A stretch of 64,000 nt of DNA from Myxococcota bacterium (lineage in GTDB: Bacteria; Myxococcota_A; UBA796; SXON01). The stretch covers positions 64,001 through 128,000 of the forward strand of contig JAZKFH010000002.1 of NCBI GenBank assembly GCA_040386535.1, in the 5' to 3' direction. The notes beneath the pieces are model-generated. The model saw only the letters and a program-made list of their open reading frames with translations. It was not told the origin of the DNA and searched no databases. This document shows, one piece after another, positions 26,995 through 34,817 of this stretch. The translations under genes and the position numbers were made by a program. Each line of letters begins with the position of its first letter. Position 1 is the stretch's first letter.

Positions 26995-28416
26995 TCAGAA
27001 GTTGAAGTAGATGAACGGGGCATCGGCCTGCTTGAAGGCGACGAACGCGATGTACGCGGCCCCCGCGAGGACGCCCTGCGCGAACGCCGCGCGGGGCCAG
27101 GGGACGGTGAGAGTGGGCCGCGCGTACGCGACCAGGTGCAACCCCACGACGACGACGAACAGCGCCGCCTGGGTGGGCGACACCACGAGCGTGCTGGCGC
27201 CCGCGGCGCCCGAGACGAGGCGCGTCAGGTAGGCCCAGGAGGCCTCGACCGTGGGGGCGCGGAAGAAGATCCACGCGACGCCCACGGTGGTCATGGTCAG
27301 CCCCCAGCCGACGAGATCACCGAGCGGCGAGGCCCAGAAGCGCGTGTGCGCGGGGGTCTCCACCCGCTCGCGGTACAGGTATGCGATCGCCTGGCCGAAG
27401 CCGTGGATCGCGCCCCACACCACGAAGGTCCAGTTGGCGCCGTGCCAGAAGCCGCCGATGAGCATCGTGGCCGAGAGCGCGAACAGCGTGCGCGCGAGCC
27501 CGTGCCGGCTCCCGCCGAGCGGGATGTACAGGTAGTCGCGCAAAAAACGGGAGAGCGAGATGTGCCAGCGCCGCCAGAACTCCTGGAGCGAACGCGCGAT
27601 GTACGGCGCGTCGAAGTTGTCCGGAAAGTGGATGCCGAACATCCGGGCGAGGCCGACGGCCATCTGCGAGTAGCCCGAGAAGTCGAAGTAGATCTGGAGG
27701 GCGTAGGCCAACAGCCCCACGCCGAGGTCGAACGAGCCGTAGCTGCCCGGCGCGTTGAACGTCGCGTCCGCGAGCAGCGCGAACTGGTCGGCGAAGATGA
27801 CCTTTCGCCCGAACCCGAGCACGAAGTCCTTCGCGCCGGCCATCAGGTCGTCGAGGGTCGACGGCTCCTTGAGGCGCTCGAGCTGCGGGAGGATCTCGGC
27901 CGCGCGCACGATCGGCCCGCTCACGAGGTGCGGGAAGAACATGATGAACGTGGCGAGCTCACGCAGCGAGCGCGTGGGCGTCAGGAGGCCCCGGTACACG
28001 TCGACCGTGTAGGAGATCGCCTGGAACACGTAGAAGCTGATGCCGAGCGGCAGGATGAGGTGCGGCACCGGCACCGACCAGCTGGTCCCGAGCAGGGAGA
28101 AGCCCCCGTTGAGGACCGTGGCGCCAAAACCCAGGTACTTGAAGAACCCGAGCATCCCGAGGTTCATCACGACCGAGGTGATGACCAGGGCGCGGCGGAC
28201 GCGCGGGCGGGACTCCGCGCCGAGGCGGAGCGCGATGACGTAGTCGACGAGGATGTTCGCGAAGAGGAGCCCGAGAAAACCGACGCTCCAGGACGCGTAG
28301 AACCACACGCAGAACCCGAGCAGGAGCCAGCGTCGGACCTCGGGATGTCGCACCGCCGCCATCGTCACGAGCACGAGCGTGAGGAAGACGAAGAACTCGT
28401 CGGAGATGAAGAGCAC
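26995..28416 (-). CDS. MBOAT O-acyltransferase (AlgI/DltB type)
   Basis: LPLGISFYVFQ, YFDFSGYS, FWRRWHISLS, GFWHGANWTF and C-terminal FIYFNF. Confidence 0.95.
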   Translation of the reverse strand: MLFISDEFFVFLTLVLVTMAAVRHPEVRRWLLLGFCVWFYASWSVGFLGLLFANILVDYVIALRLGAESRPRVRRALVITSVVMNLGMLGFFKYLGFGATVLNGGFSLLGTSWSVPVPHLILPLGISFYVFQAISYTVDVYRGLLTPTRSLRELATFIMFFPHLVSGPIVRAAEILPQLERLKEPSTLDDLMAGAKDFVLGFGRKVIFADQFALLADATFNAPGSYGSFDLGVGLLAYALQIYFDFSGYSQMAVGLARMFGIHFPDNFDAPYIARSLQEFWRRWHISLSRFLRDYLYIPLGGSRHGLARTLFALSATMLIGGFWHGANWTFVVWGAIHGFGQAIAYLYRERVETPAHTRFWASPLGDLVGWGLTMTTVGVAWIFFRAPTVEASWAYLTRLVSGAAGASTLVVSPTQAALFVVVVGLHLVAYARPTLTVPWPRAAFAQGVLAGAAYIAFVAFKQADAPFIYFNF

Positions 28417-28424
28417 GCGGGAGT

Positions 28425-29096
28425 TTAGCGCTCCCTCGACGTCCGCGCGGCTTCCACGAGCGCGAGCACCTGCTCCACGACCTCGTCGATGGTGTGGCCG
28501 GTCGTGTCGACCCGCACGGCGTCGTCCGCCTGGCGTAGCGGCGCGGTGCTGCGGCCCGAGTCCTGGGCATCCCGCGCTTCGAGCTCGGCGCGAACGCCCT
28601 CGTACGTGCTCCCCGGCAGCTCTGCGTGCCGACGACGTGCGCGCTCCTCGAGCGCGGCGTCGAGGAAGATCTTCAGGTCGGCCTCGGGGAGCACGACGGT
28701 GCCGATGTCCCGGCCGTCCATCACCACGCCGCCGCCGGCGCCGAGATCGCGCTGTGTCTGGAGCAGCGCCGACCGCACGCCGGGATGTACGGCCACGGCC
28801 GACGCGGCCGATCCGACGCGCTCGTTGCGGATGGCGGCGGTCACGTCCTCGCGGTCGGAGAGCACGCGGAGCTTGCCCTTGTGCCAGTCGAACCCGAAGC
28901 GGAGCGCCTCGGCGATCCGCGTGGTGGCCTCGGCGTCCGCGGGGTCGACCGAGGCGCGGATCGCCTGGAGGCCGACGGCCCGGTACATCGCGCCGGTGTC
29001 GACATACGCGTAGCCGAGGCTCTCGGCGACGCGGCGGGCGACGGTCCCCTTCCCCGAAGAGGCGGGCCCGTCGATGGCGATGGTGAGCTCACGCAC
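28425..29096 (-). CDS. cmk: Cytidylate kinase
   Basis: IAIDGPASSGKGT, DTGAMYR and DGRDIGTVVLP. Confidence 0.97.
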   Translation of the reverse strand: MRELTIAIDGPASSGKGTVARRVAESLGYAYVDTGAMYRAVGLQAIRASVDPADAEATTRIAEALRFGFDWHKGKLRVLSDREDVTAAIRNERVGSAASAVAVHPGVRSALLQTQRDLGAGGGVVMDGRDIGTVVLPEADLKIFLDAALEERARRRHAELPGSTYEGVRAELEARDAQDSGRSTAPLRQADDAVRVDTTGHTIDEVVEQVLALVEAARTSRER

Positions 29097-30351
29097 CGGC
29101 GAACCTCGCGAGGGTGGAGTGGAACGATGGGTAGGAGGTCGCGATGCATGCGGTGTCGCCCACGTGCACGCCGAGCCGCAGCCCCGCGATGGCGAATGCC
29201 ATGGCGATGCGATGATCGCCCGCGCTCTCGATGGATGCTGACGATCGCGCCGCCGCGTCGGGCGCCCCCCGCACGACGAGCCCGTCGGGACGCGCGTCTG
29301 CGTCGAACCCGAGCGCGCGCAGCCCCGCCACGGTGGTCGCCACGCGGTCGGACTCCTTCACACGGAGCTCGGCGGCGTCGGCGAAGATCGTCTCCCCGTC
29401 CGCGAACGCGGCCGCGACGGCGAGCACCGGGATCTCGTCGATGAGGCGGGGGATGAGCGGCCCGTCGATCCGGGTGGCCCGCAACGCGCCGCCGCGCACG
29501 CGCACGGTGCCGTAGGGCTCGGGCGCATCGACCGCGTCGACCTCGATGGAGGCGCCCATGCGTACCAGCACGTCGATCACGCCGGTGCGCGTGGGGTTCA
29601 GGCCGACGTTCTCGATCACGAGATCCGAGCCCGGCACGATGGCGGCGGCGACCATCCAGAACGCGGCGCTCGACACGTCCCCCGGGACCGTGATCGCGAG
29701 GGCGTCCAGCGGGCCGGCGCTCACGATGAGGGCGTTGCCTTCCCGCCGCAGCGGCGCGCCCATGGCGGTCAACAGGCGCTCCGTGTGGTCCCGGGTCGCG
29801 ACGGGCTCGACGTAGCTCGTCTCCCCTTCCGCGCCGAGGCCGGCGAGCAGCACGGCCGACTTGACCTGCGCGGACGCCACCGTCGCCTCCACCGTGATCC
29901 CGTTCAGCCTACGTTTGTCCACGGTGATCGGCAAGCCGGGCCCGCCGGTGAAGGCGGCGCCCATCCTCCCGAGCGGGTCGAGGACGCGCCGCATGGGGCG
30001 GCCGCGGAGCGAGGTGTCCCCGTCGAGCGTGGCGCCCGCGCGGGGCGCGAGCGCGCCGAGGAGCAGGCGGGCGGTCGTGCCCGAGTTCCCGCAGTCGATC
30101 CGGCCGGCGTCCCGCCACGGCGCGCCCGTCACGTGCCAACTCTGCGGGCCGACGGTCGATGCGTCACACCCCAACGCCCGCACCGCCGCGATCGTGGCGA
30201 GCACGTCGTCTCCCTCCAGGAGCCCGGTGATCCGCGTCGTCCCGCGCGCGAGCGCCCCGAAGAGCACCGCGCGATGCGAGATGGACTTGTCACCCGGCAC
30301 CCGCAGCCGGCCGCGGAGGGGGTGGGGAGCGGGCCGGACGGTGAGCGACAT
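29089..30351 (-). CDS. aroA: 3-phosphoshikimate 1-carboxyvinyltransferase
   Basis: PGDKSISHR, GNSGTT, SAQVKSA, RDHTE, ELRVKESDR and DHRIAM. Confidence 0.97.
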   Translation of the reverse strand: MSLTVRPAPHPLRGRLRVPGDKSISHRAVLFGALARGTTRITGLLEGDDVLATIAAVRALGCDASTVGPQSWHVTGAPWRDAGRIDCGNSGTTARLLLGALAPRAGATLDGDTSLRGRPMRRVLDPLGRMGAAFTGGPGLPITVDKRRLNGITVEATVASAQVKSAVLLAGLGAEGETSYVEPVATRDHTERLLTAMGAPLRREGNALIVSAGPLDALAITVPGDVSSAAFWMVAAAIVPGSDLVIENVGLNPTRTGVIDVLVRMGASIEVDAVDAPEPYGTVRVRGGALRATRIDGPLIPRLIDEIPVLAVAAAFADGETIFADAAELRVKESDRVATTVAGLRALGFDADARPDGLVVRGAPDAAARSSASIESAGDHRIAMAFAIAGLRLGVHVGDTACIATSYPSFHSTLARFAGA

Positions 30352-30388
30352 TCGCGCCGGCTCCTATCGCGTCCGAGCGCTCGCGCTC

Positions 30389-31348
30389 CTAGCCACGGTC
30401 CTCGATCGCGCCGAGACGGCGGAAGTGTTCGTACCGATCCGCCCGGAGCTCAGCCGGCGTCAGGCCGTCCAGCGAGGCGAGATGACGCTCCACGGCGTCC
30501 CCGAGCGCGCGGATGGCCTCCTGCTGGGCGCGGTGGGCGCCACCGGGCGGCTCCGTGATCACCTCGTCCGCGACGCCCAGGGCGTGGCAGTCGTGCGACG
30601 TGATCTTGAGCGCTTCGGCCGCGCGCGGCCCCTCCGCGCGGTCGTGCCAGAGGATCGCGGCGCACCCTTCGGGCGAGATGACGGAGTACGTCGAGTGCTC
30701 CAGCATCAGCACGCGGTTGCCGACGCCGATCGCGAGCGCGCCGCCGCTGCCGCCCTCGCCGATGACGCAGCACACGATGGGGACGCGGAAGGTCGACATC
30801 TCCATGATGTTCCGCGCGATGGCCTCGGCCTGGCCGCGCGCCTCCGCGTCGATGCCCGGGTAGGCGCCCGGCGTGTCGATCAGCGTGATGATCGGCAGCC
30901 CGAACCGATCGGCGAGCATCATCAGGCGCAGCGCCTTGCGGTAGCCGTCCGGCAGGGCCATGCCGAAGTTGCGCGTGACGTTCTCCTTCGTGTTCCGGCC
31001 CTTCTGGTGGCCGATGAGCACGACGCGCCGCGTCCCGAACATACCGATGCCGCCGACGATCGCCTGGTCGTCGTGCCCGGCGCGGTCCCCGTGCAGCTCG
31101 GTCCAGTCGGTGAGCCAGCCCTTCACGTAGTCGAGCGTGTAGGGGCGCGCCGGGTGCCGCGAGAGCAGGGCGCGCTGCCAGGGGGTCAACGACGCGAAGA
31201 TCTGGCGCTGGAGGCGCTCCGCCTTCTTCTCCAGCTCACCGATGGAGGCGCCGAGATCGGTCCCCTCGGCGGACTGGGCGGCCCGGAGGGCCTCGATGCG
31301 ACGCGTGAGCTCCACGAGGGGGCGCTCGAAGTCGAGCACGAGCTCCAC
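30389..31348 (-). CDS. accA: Acetyl-CoA carboxylase carboxyltransferase alpha subunit
   Basis: LDFERP, GHQKGR, IDTPGAYPG and GEGGSGGALA. Confidence 0.97.
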   Translation of the reverse strand: MELVLDFERPLVELTRRIEALRAAQSAEGTDLGASIGELEKKAERLQRQIFASLTPWQRALLSRHPARPYTLDYVKGWLTDWTELHGDRAGHDDQAIVGGIGMFGTRRVVLIGHQKGRNTKENVTRNFGMALPDGYRKALRLMMLADRFGLPIITLIDTPGAYPGIDAEARGQAEAIARNIMEMSTFRVPIVCCVIGEGGSGGALAIGVGNRVLMLEHSTYSVISPEGCAAILWHDRAEGPRAAEALKITSHDCHALGVADEVITEPPGGAHRAQQEAIRALGDAVERHLASLDGLTPAELRADRYEHFRRLGAIEDRG

Positions 31349-31351
31349 GTG

Positions 31352-31825
31352 CTACTCCCGCATCTGTTGGGTGAGGTAGTTCGGGAGGCCCACCTGACGG
31401 ATGGTCTCGAGCTGGGTCTCGAGCCAGTCGATGTGCTCCTCCTCGCTCACGAGGATCTTCTCGAGCAGGGCGCGCGTGCCGTTGTCGCCCGCCGCCGTCG
31501 CGAGCTGGATGCCCTTGTTGAGGCGCTCCACCGCGGCGTACTCGAGCGCGACGTCGCTCTGGAACTGCTCGTCGACCGTCTCGCCGACGTTGAGCTTGTA
31601 GAGGCGCTGGAGGTTGGGCACGCCATCGAGGAACAGGATGCGCTCCATGATCGCCTCGGCGTGCTTCATCTCGTCGATGCTCTCGTGACGGATGAACGCG
31701 TGCAGCTTCTTGTAGCCCCAGTTCCCGCACATCTTCGCGTGCACGAAATACTGGTTGATCGCGGTGAGCTCGGCGGAGAGGACGTCGTTGAGCACGTCTA
31801 CGAGCTGGGGATCCTTGGGCGTCAC
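31352..31825 (-). CDS. bfr: Bacterioferritin
   Basis: [19 protein letters not shown] (heme-ligand Met) and [11 protein letters not shown]. Confidence 0.97.
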   Translation of the reverse strand: MTPKDPQLVDVLNDVLSAELTAINQYFVHAKMCGNWGYKKLHAFIRHESIDEMKHAEAIMERILFLDGVPNLQRLYKLNVGETVDEQFQSDVALEYAAVERLNKGIQLATAAGDNGTRALLEKILVSEEEHIDWLETQLETIRQVGLPNYLTQQMRE

Positions 31826-31873
31826 GGGAACCTCGGGGGCGGTCTGGACCGCTAACTCACTTGGCCCCCGGAC

Positions 31874-32101
31874 TCACTTGGCCGCGAGATGTTCCGACGC
31901 GCCGCCGCCGGCGGCTTCACATGCACGCACCGCCCGTGCGCTCCGCGCGTCCTCCAGCATGCCCACGATGTCCATGCGACAGGAGCCGCATGCCGTGCCC
32001 GCGCCGCACTTCCGGCCCACGTCGTCCAACGAGCGCGCGCCCTCGTCGATGGTGCGACGAATGGTCCGGTTCGAGACACCCTTGCAGAGGCAGACGTACA
32101 T
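31874..32101 (-). CDS. bfd: Bacterioferritin-associated ferredoxin [2Fe-2S]
   Basis: MYVCLCKGVS...CGAGTACGSC, immediately upstream of bfr. Confidence 0.93.
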   Translation of the reverse strand: MYVCLCKGVSNRTIRRTIDEGARSLDDVGRKCGAGTACGSCRMDIVGMLEDARSARAVRACEAAGGGASEHLAAK

Positions 32102-32114
32102 GCGCGCCCGTCCT

Positions 32115-32133
32115 GATAATGAAGTTGATTATC
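32115..32133. promoter_or_regulatory. Fur box upstream of bfd-bfr
   Basis: GATAATGAAGTTGATTATC matches GATAATGATAATCATTATC at 15/19 positions. CTGATAAT/ATTATCAG inverted repeat. Confidence 0.85.
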
Positions 32134-32141
32134 AGAATCGG

Positions 32142-32170
32142 AATGTGCCCCACAGACAGGCGACCGTCAA
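32142..32170 (-). promoter_or_regulatory. Putative sigma70 promoter of bfd
   Basis: TTGACG-N17-CACATT on the minus strand, just upstream of the Fur box. Confidence 0.5.
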
Positions 32171-32197
32171 CCCCCTCCGTGAACTCAGCCGCAAGAC

Positions 32198-33238
32198 TCA
32201 ACGACCACTGGACGACACCGCGGGTTCGAGGTCGAGGATCGCGAGCTCCGGCCGGCACAGGAAGCGCAGGCGGGGCGCGTCGCTCCGCTCCATCCCGATG
32301 CCGCGCGAGACGTAGAGTTGGCCGTGCTCGGGGAGCCTCGTGAGGCCCACGGACCAGCTGCGTGGCACCTTCGAGAGGGTCACCAGCGGCCCGAACACGG
32401 GGAGGCGCACCTGGCCGCCGTGGATGTGTCCGGCGACGACGAGGTCGACGTCGGGCGCGGTGAGGGCCACGTCGGGGCGGTGGGCCAGCACGAGGTGGGG
32501 CTTGGCGGAGAGCGGGATGGGCGGTCGCGACGACGCGGCGTCTTCGGGCGCGAGCGCGGTCACGACGATCGGCCCGAGATCGAAGGTGCGGCTCGACGCG
32601 GCGGCCACGATGGGCAGCCCCGCGAAGATCGCGGCCCAGCTGTCGCTGTCCACGTCGCCGCGGACGGCGATCCCGCCCAGGGGAGCCACGAGGCCGCGCA
32701 ACGCGACGTTCAGGGCGGCTGTCTCCGCGGCGTAAACCGTCGGGTCACGGCTTTGCACGTAGTCCCCCGCGAACAGCACGAGATCGGGCTTCGCGTCCTT
32801 CACGGCCTGGAGCGACGCGCGCTCGTAGGCGCCGATGTGGTCGGTCTGGAGGTCGGCGACGAGGAGGATGCGCAGCGGCGCTTGAAGGCCCTCGATGGCG
32901 ATGCGCGTGGTCGTCACTTCGAGCCAGCGCGGCTCGACCAGGAAGGCGTCGACCCCGACGAGCGCGAGGGCCCCACCGAGCAGCGCCGGCAGGGTGCGGC
33001 GGGTCACGATGGAGATGGCGACGAGCAGCGCGGGCGCGTGCAGGAAGAGGCCCCAACACGTGGCCTGCATCAGCCCGAACATCCCCCACCCGAGCCCGAA
33101 GCGGCCGACGAGCACGAGGCCGAGCAGCCCCAGGGAGGCGGCGAGCACGGCGTAGACCGGGCTTCCCGTGCGTCGGAGGACCAGGATCGCGGCGATGTCG
33201 GCCGCGGCGAACGTGAGGTTCGCGACGAGGGGGATCAT
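32198..33238 (-). CDS. Membrane-anchored metallophosphoesterase (YkuE/YaeI-like), variant active site
   Basis: N-terminal TM segments; EPRWLEV, ADLQ, GDYV, GDVD, AHRPD, GHIHGGQV, YVSRGIG and RFLCRPE. Confidence 0.85.
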   Translation of the reverse strand: MIPLVANLTFAAADIAAILVLRRTGSPVYAVLAASLGLLGLVLVGRFGLGWGMFGLMQATCWGLFLHAPALLVAISIVTRRTLPALLGGALALVGVDAFLVEPRWLEVTTTRIAIEGLQAPLRILLVADLQTDHIGAYERASLQAVKDAKPDLVLFAGDYVQSRDPTVYAAETAALNVALRGLVAPLGGIAVRGDVDSDSWAAIFAGLPIVAAASSRTFDLGPIVVTALAPEDAASSRPPIPLSAKPHLVLAHRPDVALTAPDVDLVVAGHIHGGQVRLPVFGPLVTLSKVPRSWSVGLTRLPEHGQLYVSRGIGMERSDAPRLRFLCRPELAILDLEPAVSSSGR

Positions 33239-33276
33239 GGCGCGCAGCGTAGCGTGTGCAGGACGCTCTCTGACGA

Positions 33277-33912
33277 CTATCCGCGCCCGATCGCCGCCCG
33301 CCCGCTGGCCGTGCGGACCCGCAAGAGCGGCCCTTCCGCGTCCTGGGACACCCCGTCGAGGGTCTGCTCGCCGAGCGTCTCCACGTCCAGATCGTAGCCA
33401 CCTTCGGGCACCGCGAGGGTCACGTCGCCGACGCCGACGCCCACGCTCACCTCGAGCGGGCGGGTCAGGAACGCGAGCCGCGCGTCGCCCCAGCCGGCCT
33501 GCACGCGCACGGTCGAGCCGAGCAGGCCCTCTCCCACCACGTTGCCGTCTCCGACCTCGATGGACAGGTCGCTGTCGAGGCCGGCCACCCGCACGTCGCC
33601 CTCGCCGGTGCGCACGTCGACCGGGATGCCGAGCGGCACGGTGAGCACGATGTCGGCGCCGCAGGGCAGCAGCGTCTCGCAGCGGGCCTCGATGCGCAGG
33701 ATGCCGTCCACCACGTGCTGGGTGGTGGTGAGGCTCGCCGCGCCGCGGAGCGTCCGGCCCACGTGGATGTCGGTGCCGCCCGCGGTCACCGTGACGTCGC
33801 CGGCGTCGACCTCGATGCGCACCGCCAGCACTTCCCCACCGATCACCGCGTGGTCCGCGGTTTCGGTGGGCGTACATCCGGCCAGGACGAAGAGGAAGGG
33901 GGCAGCGCGCAT
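33277..33912 (-). CDS. DUF4097-like beta-strand-repeat lipoprotein
   Basis: Lipobox LAGC and repeated V..G.GDV motifs. Confidence 0.7.
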   Translation of the reverse strand: MRAAPFLFVLAGCTPTETADHAVIGGEVLAVRIEVDAGDVTVTAGGTDIHVGRTLRGAASLTTTQHVVDGILRIEARCETLLPCGADIVLTVPLGIPVDVRTGEGDVRVAGLDSDLSIEVGDGNVVGEGLLGSTVRVQAGWGDARLAFLTRPLEVSVGVGVGDVTLAVPEGGYDLDVETLGEQTLDGVSQDAEGPLLRVRTASGRAAIGRG

Positions 33913-33958
33913 CGGGTTCGTGTCTCGCGGATGTGGACACCGGCGACGCGAAGGTGCG

Positions 33959-34807
33959 CTACCGACCCACCTTCAACGCGCGAGCGGCGGCCTGATTCAC
34001 GTCCGAAGCCGGAACGAACCCCATCGAGCGGAGGAACCCGCGCTGCTTCCTGGCGAGCTGCCGCGTGTCTCGTTTCGTCAGCCGCACCGCCTCGTCCAAC
34101 GAGACCTCCCCGGCGAGGTGGGCCGCGAGGTGCCGATAGCCGAGCGATTGCATGGGCTTGAGCTCGCGGCTCCACCCCTGGTCGAGCAGGCCCTGCACCT
34201 CCGCGAGGTACCCGGCGTCCATCATCGCGTCGACCCGCGCATCCAGGCGTTCGTAGAGGTTGTCGCGATCGATCCAGATGACCTCTGCGTCACGACGTTC
34301 GTGGGGGTCCTCGGCGTGCAGGGCGGAGAGCGGGCGCCCCGTGAGCGCGTGGATCTCGAGGCCGCGGACGACGCGCACGCGATCGTTCGGGTGCAGGCGC
34401 GCGGCCAACACGGGATCGACCTCGGCGAGGCGCGCGTGGGGGTCCGGGAGGGCGTCGAGCGCGGCGCGGAGGGCGAGATCGACGGGCGGCGTGGGGACGA
34501 GCCCGCAGAGCCAGGCGCGGAGATAGAACGGCGTGCCCCCGCAGAGCACGACGGGACCAATGACAGCGTCGGCCTCGGCCACGAAGTCGGCGGCCGAGAA
34601 GGGCTCGTCGGGGTTCCGGATGTCGATGCACCGGTGCGGTACGCGGGCGCGCTCCGCGACGGACACCTTGGCCGTGCCGATGTCCATCCCGCGGTACACC
34701 TGCATCGCGTCCATCGAGACGACGGTGGCGCCGTAGCGGGCGGCGATCTCGAGGGAGACGTCGGTTTTTCCGGCGCCGGTCGGGCCGACGAGGACGATGG
34801 GTTTGAT
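33959..34807 (-). CDS. miaA: tRNA dimethylallyltransferase (apparent ATC start)
   Basis: GPTGAGKT, DAMQVYRGMDIGTAK, GGTPFY and ARKQR; follows mutL. No ATG/GTG/TTG lies between the mutL stop and the P-loop. Confidence 0.93.
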   Translation of the reverse strand: MKPIVLVGPTGAGKTDVSLEIAARYGATVVSMDAMQVYRGMDIGTAKVSVAERARVPHRCIDIRNPDEPFSAADFVAEADAVIGPVVLCGGTPFYLRAWLCGLVPTPPVDLALRAALDALPDPHARLAEVDPVLAARLHPNDRVRVVRGLEIHALTGRPLSALHAEDPHERRDAEVIWIDRDNLYERLDARVDAMMDAGYLAEVQGLLDQGWSRELKPMQSLGYRHLAAHLAGEVSLDEAVRLTKRDTRQLARKQRGFLRSMGFVPASDVNQAAARALKVGR

Positions 34808-34817
34808 GTCCCCTCCC

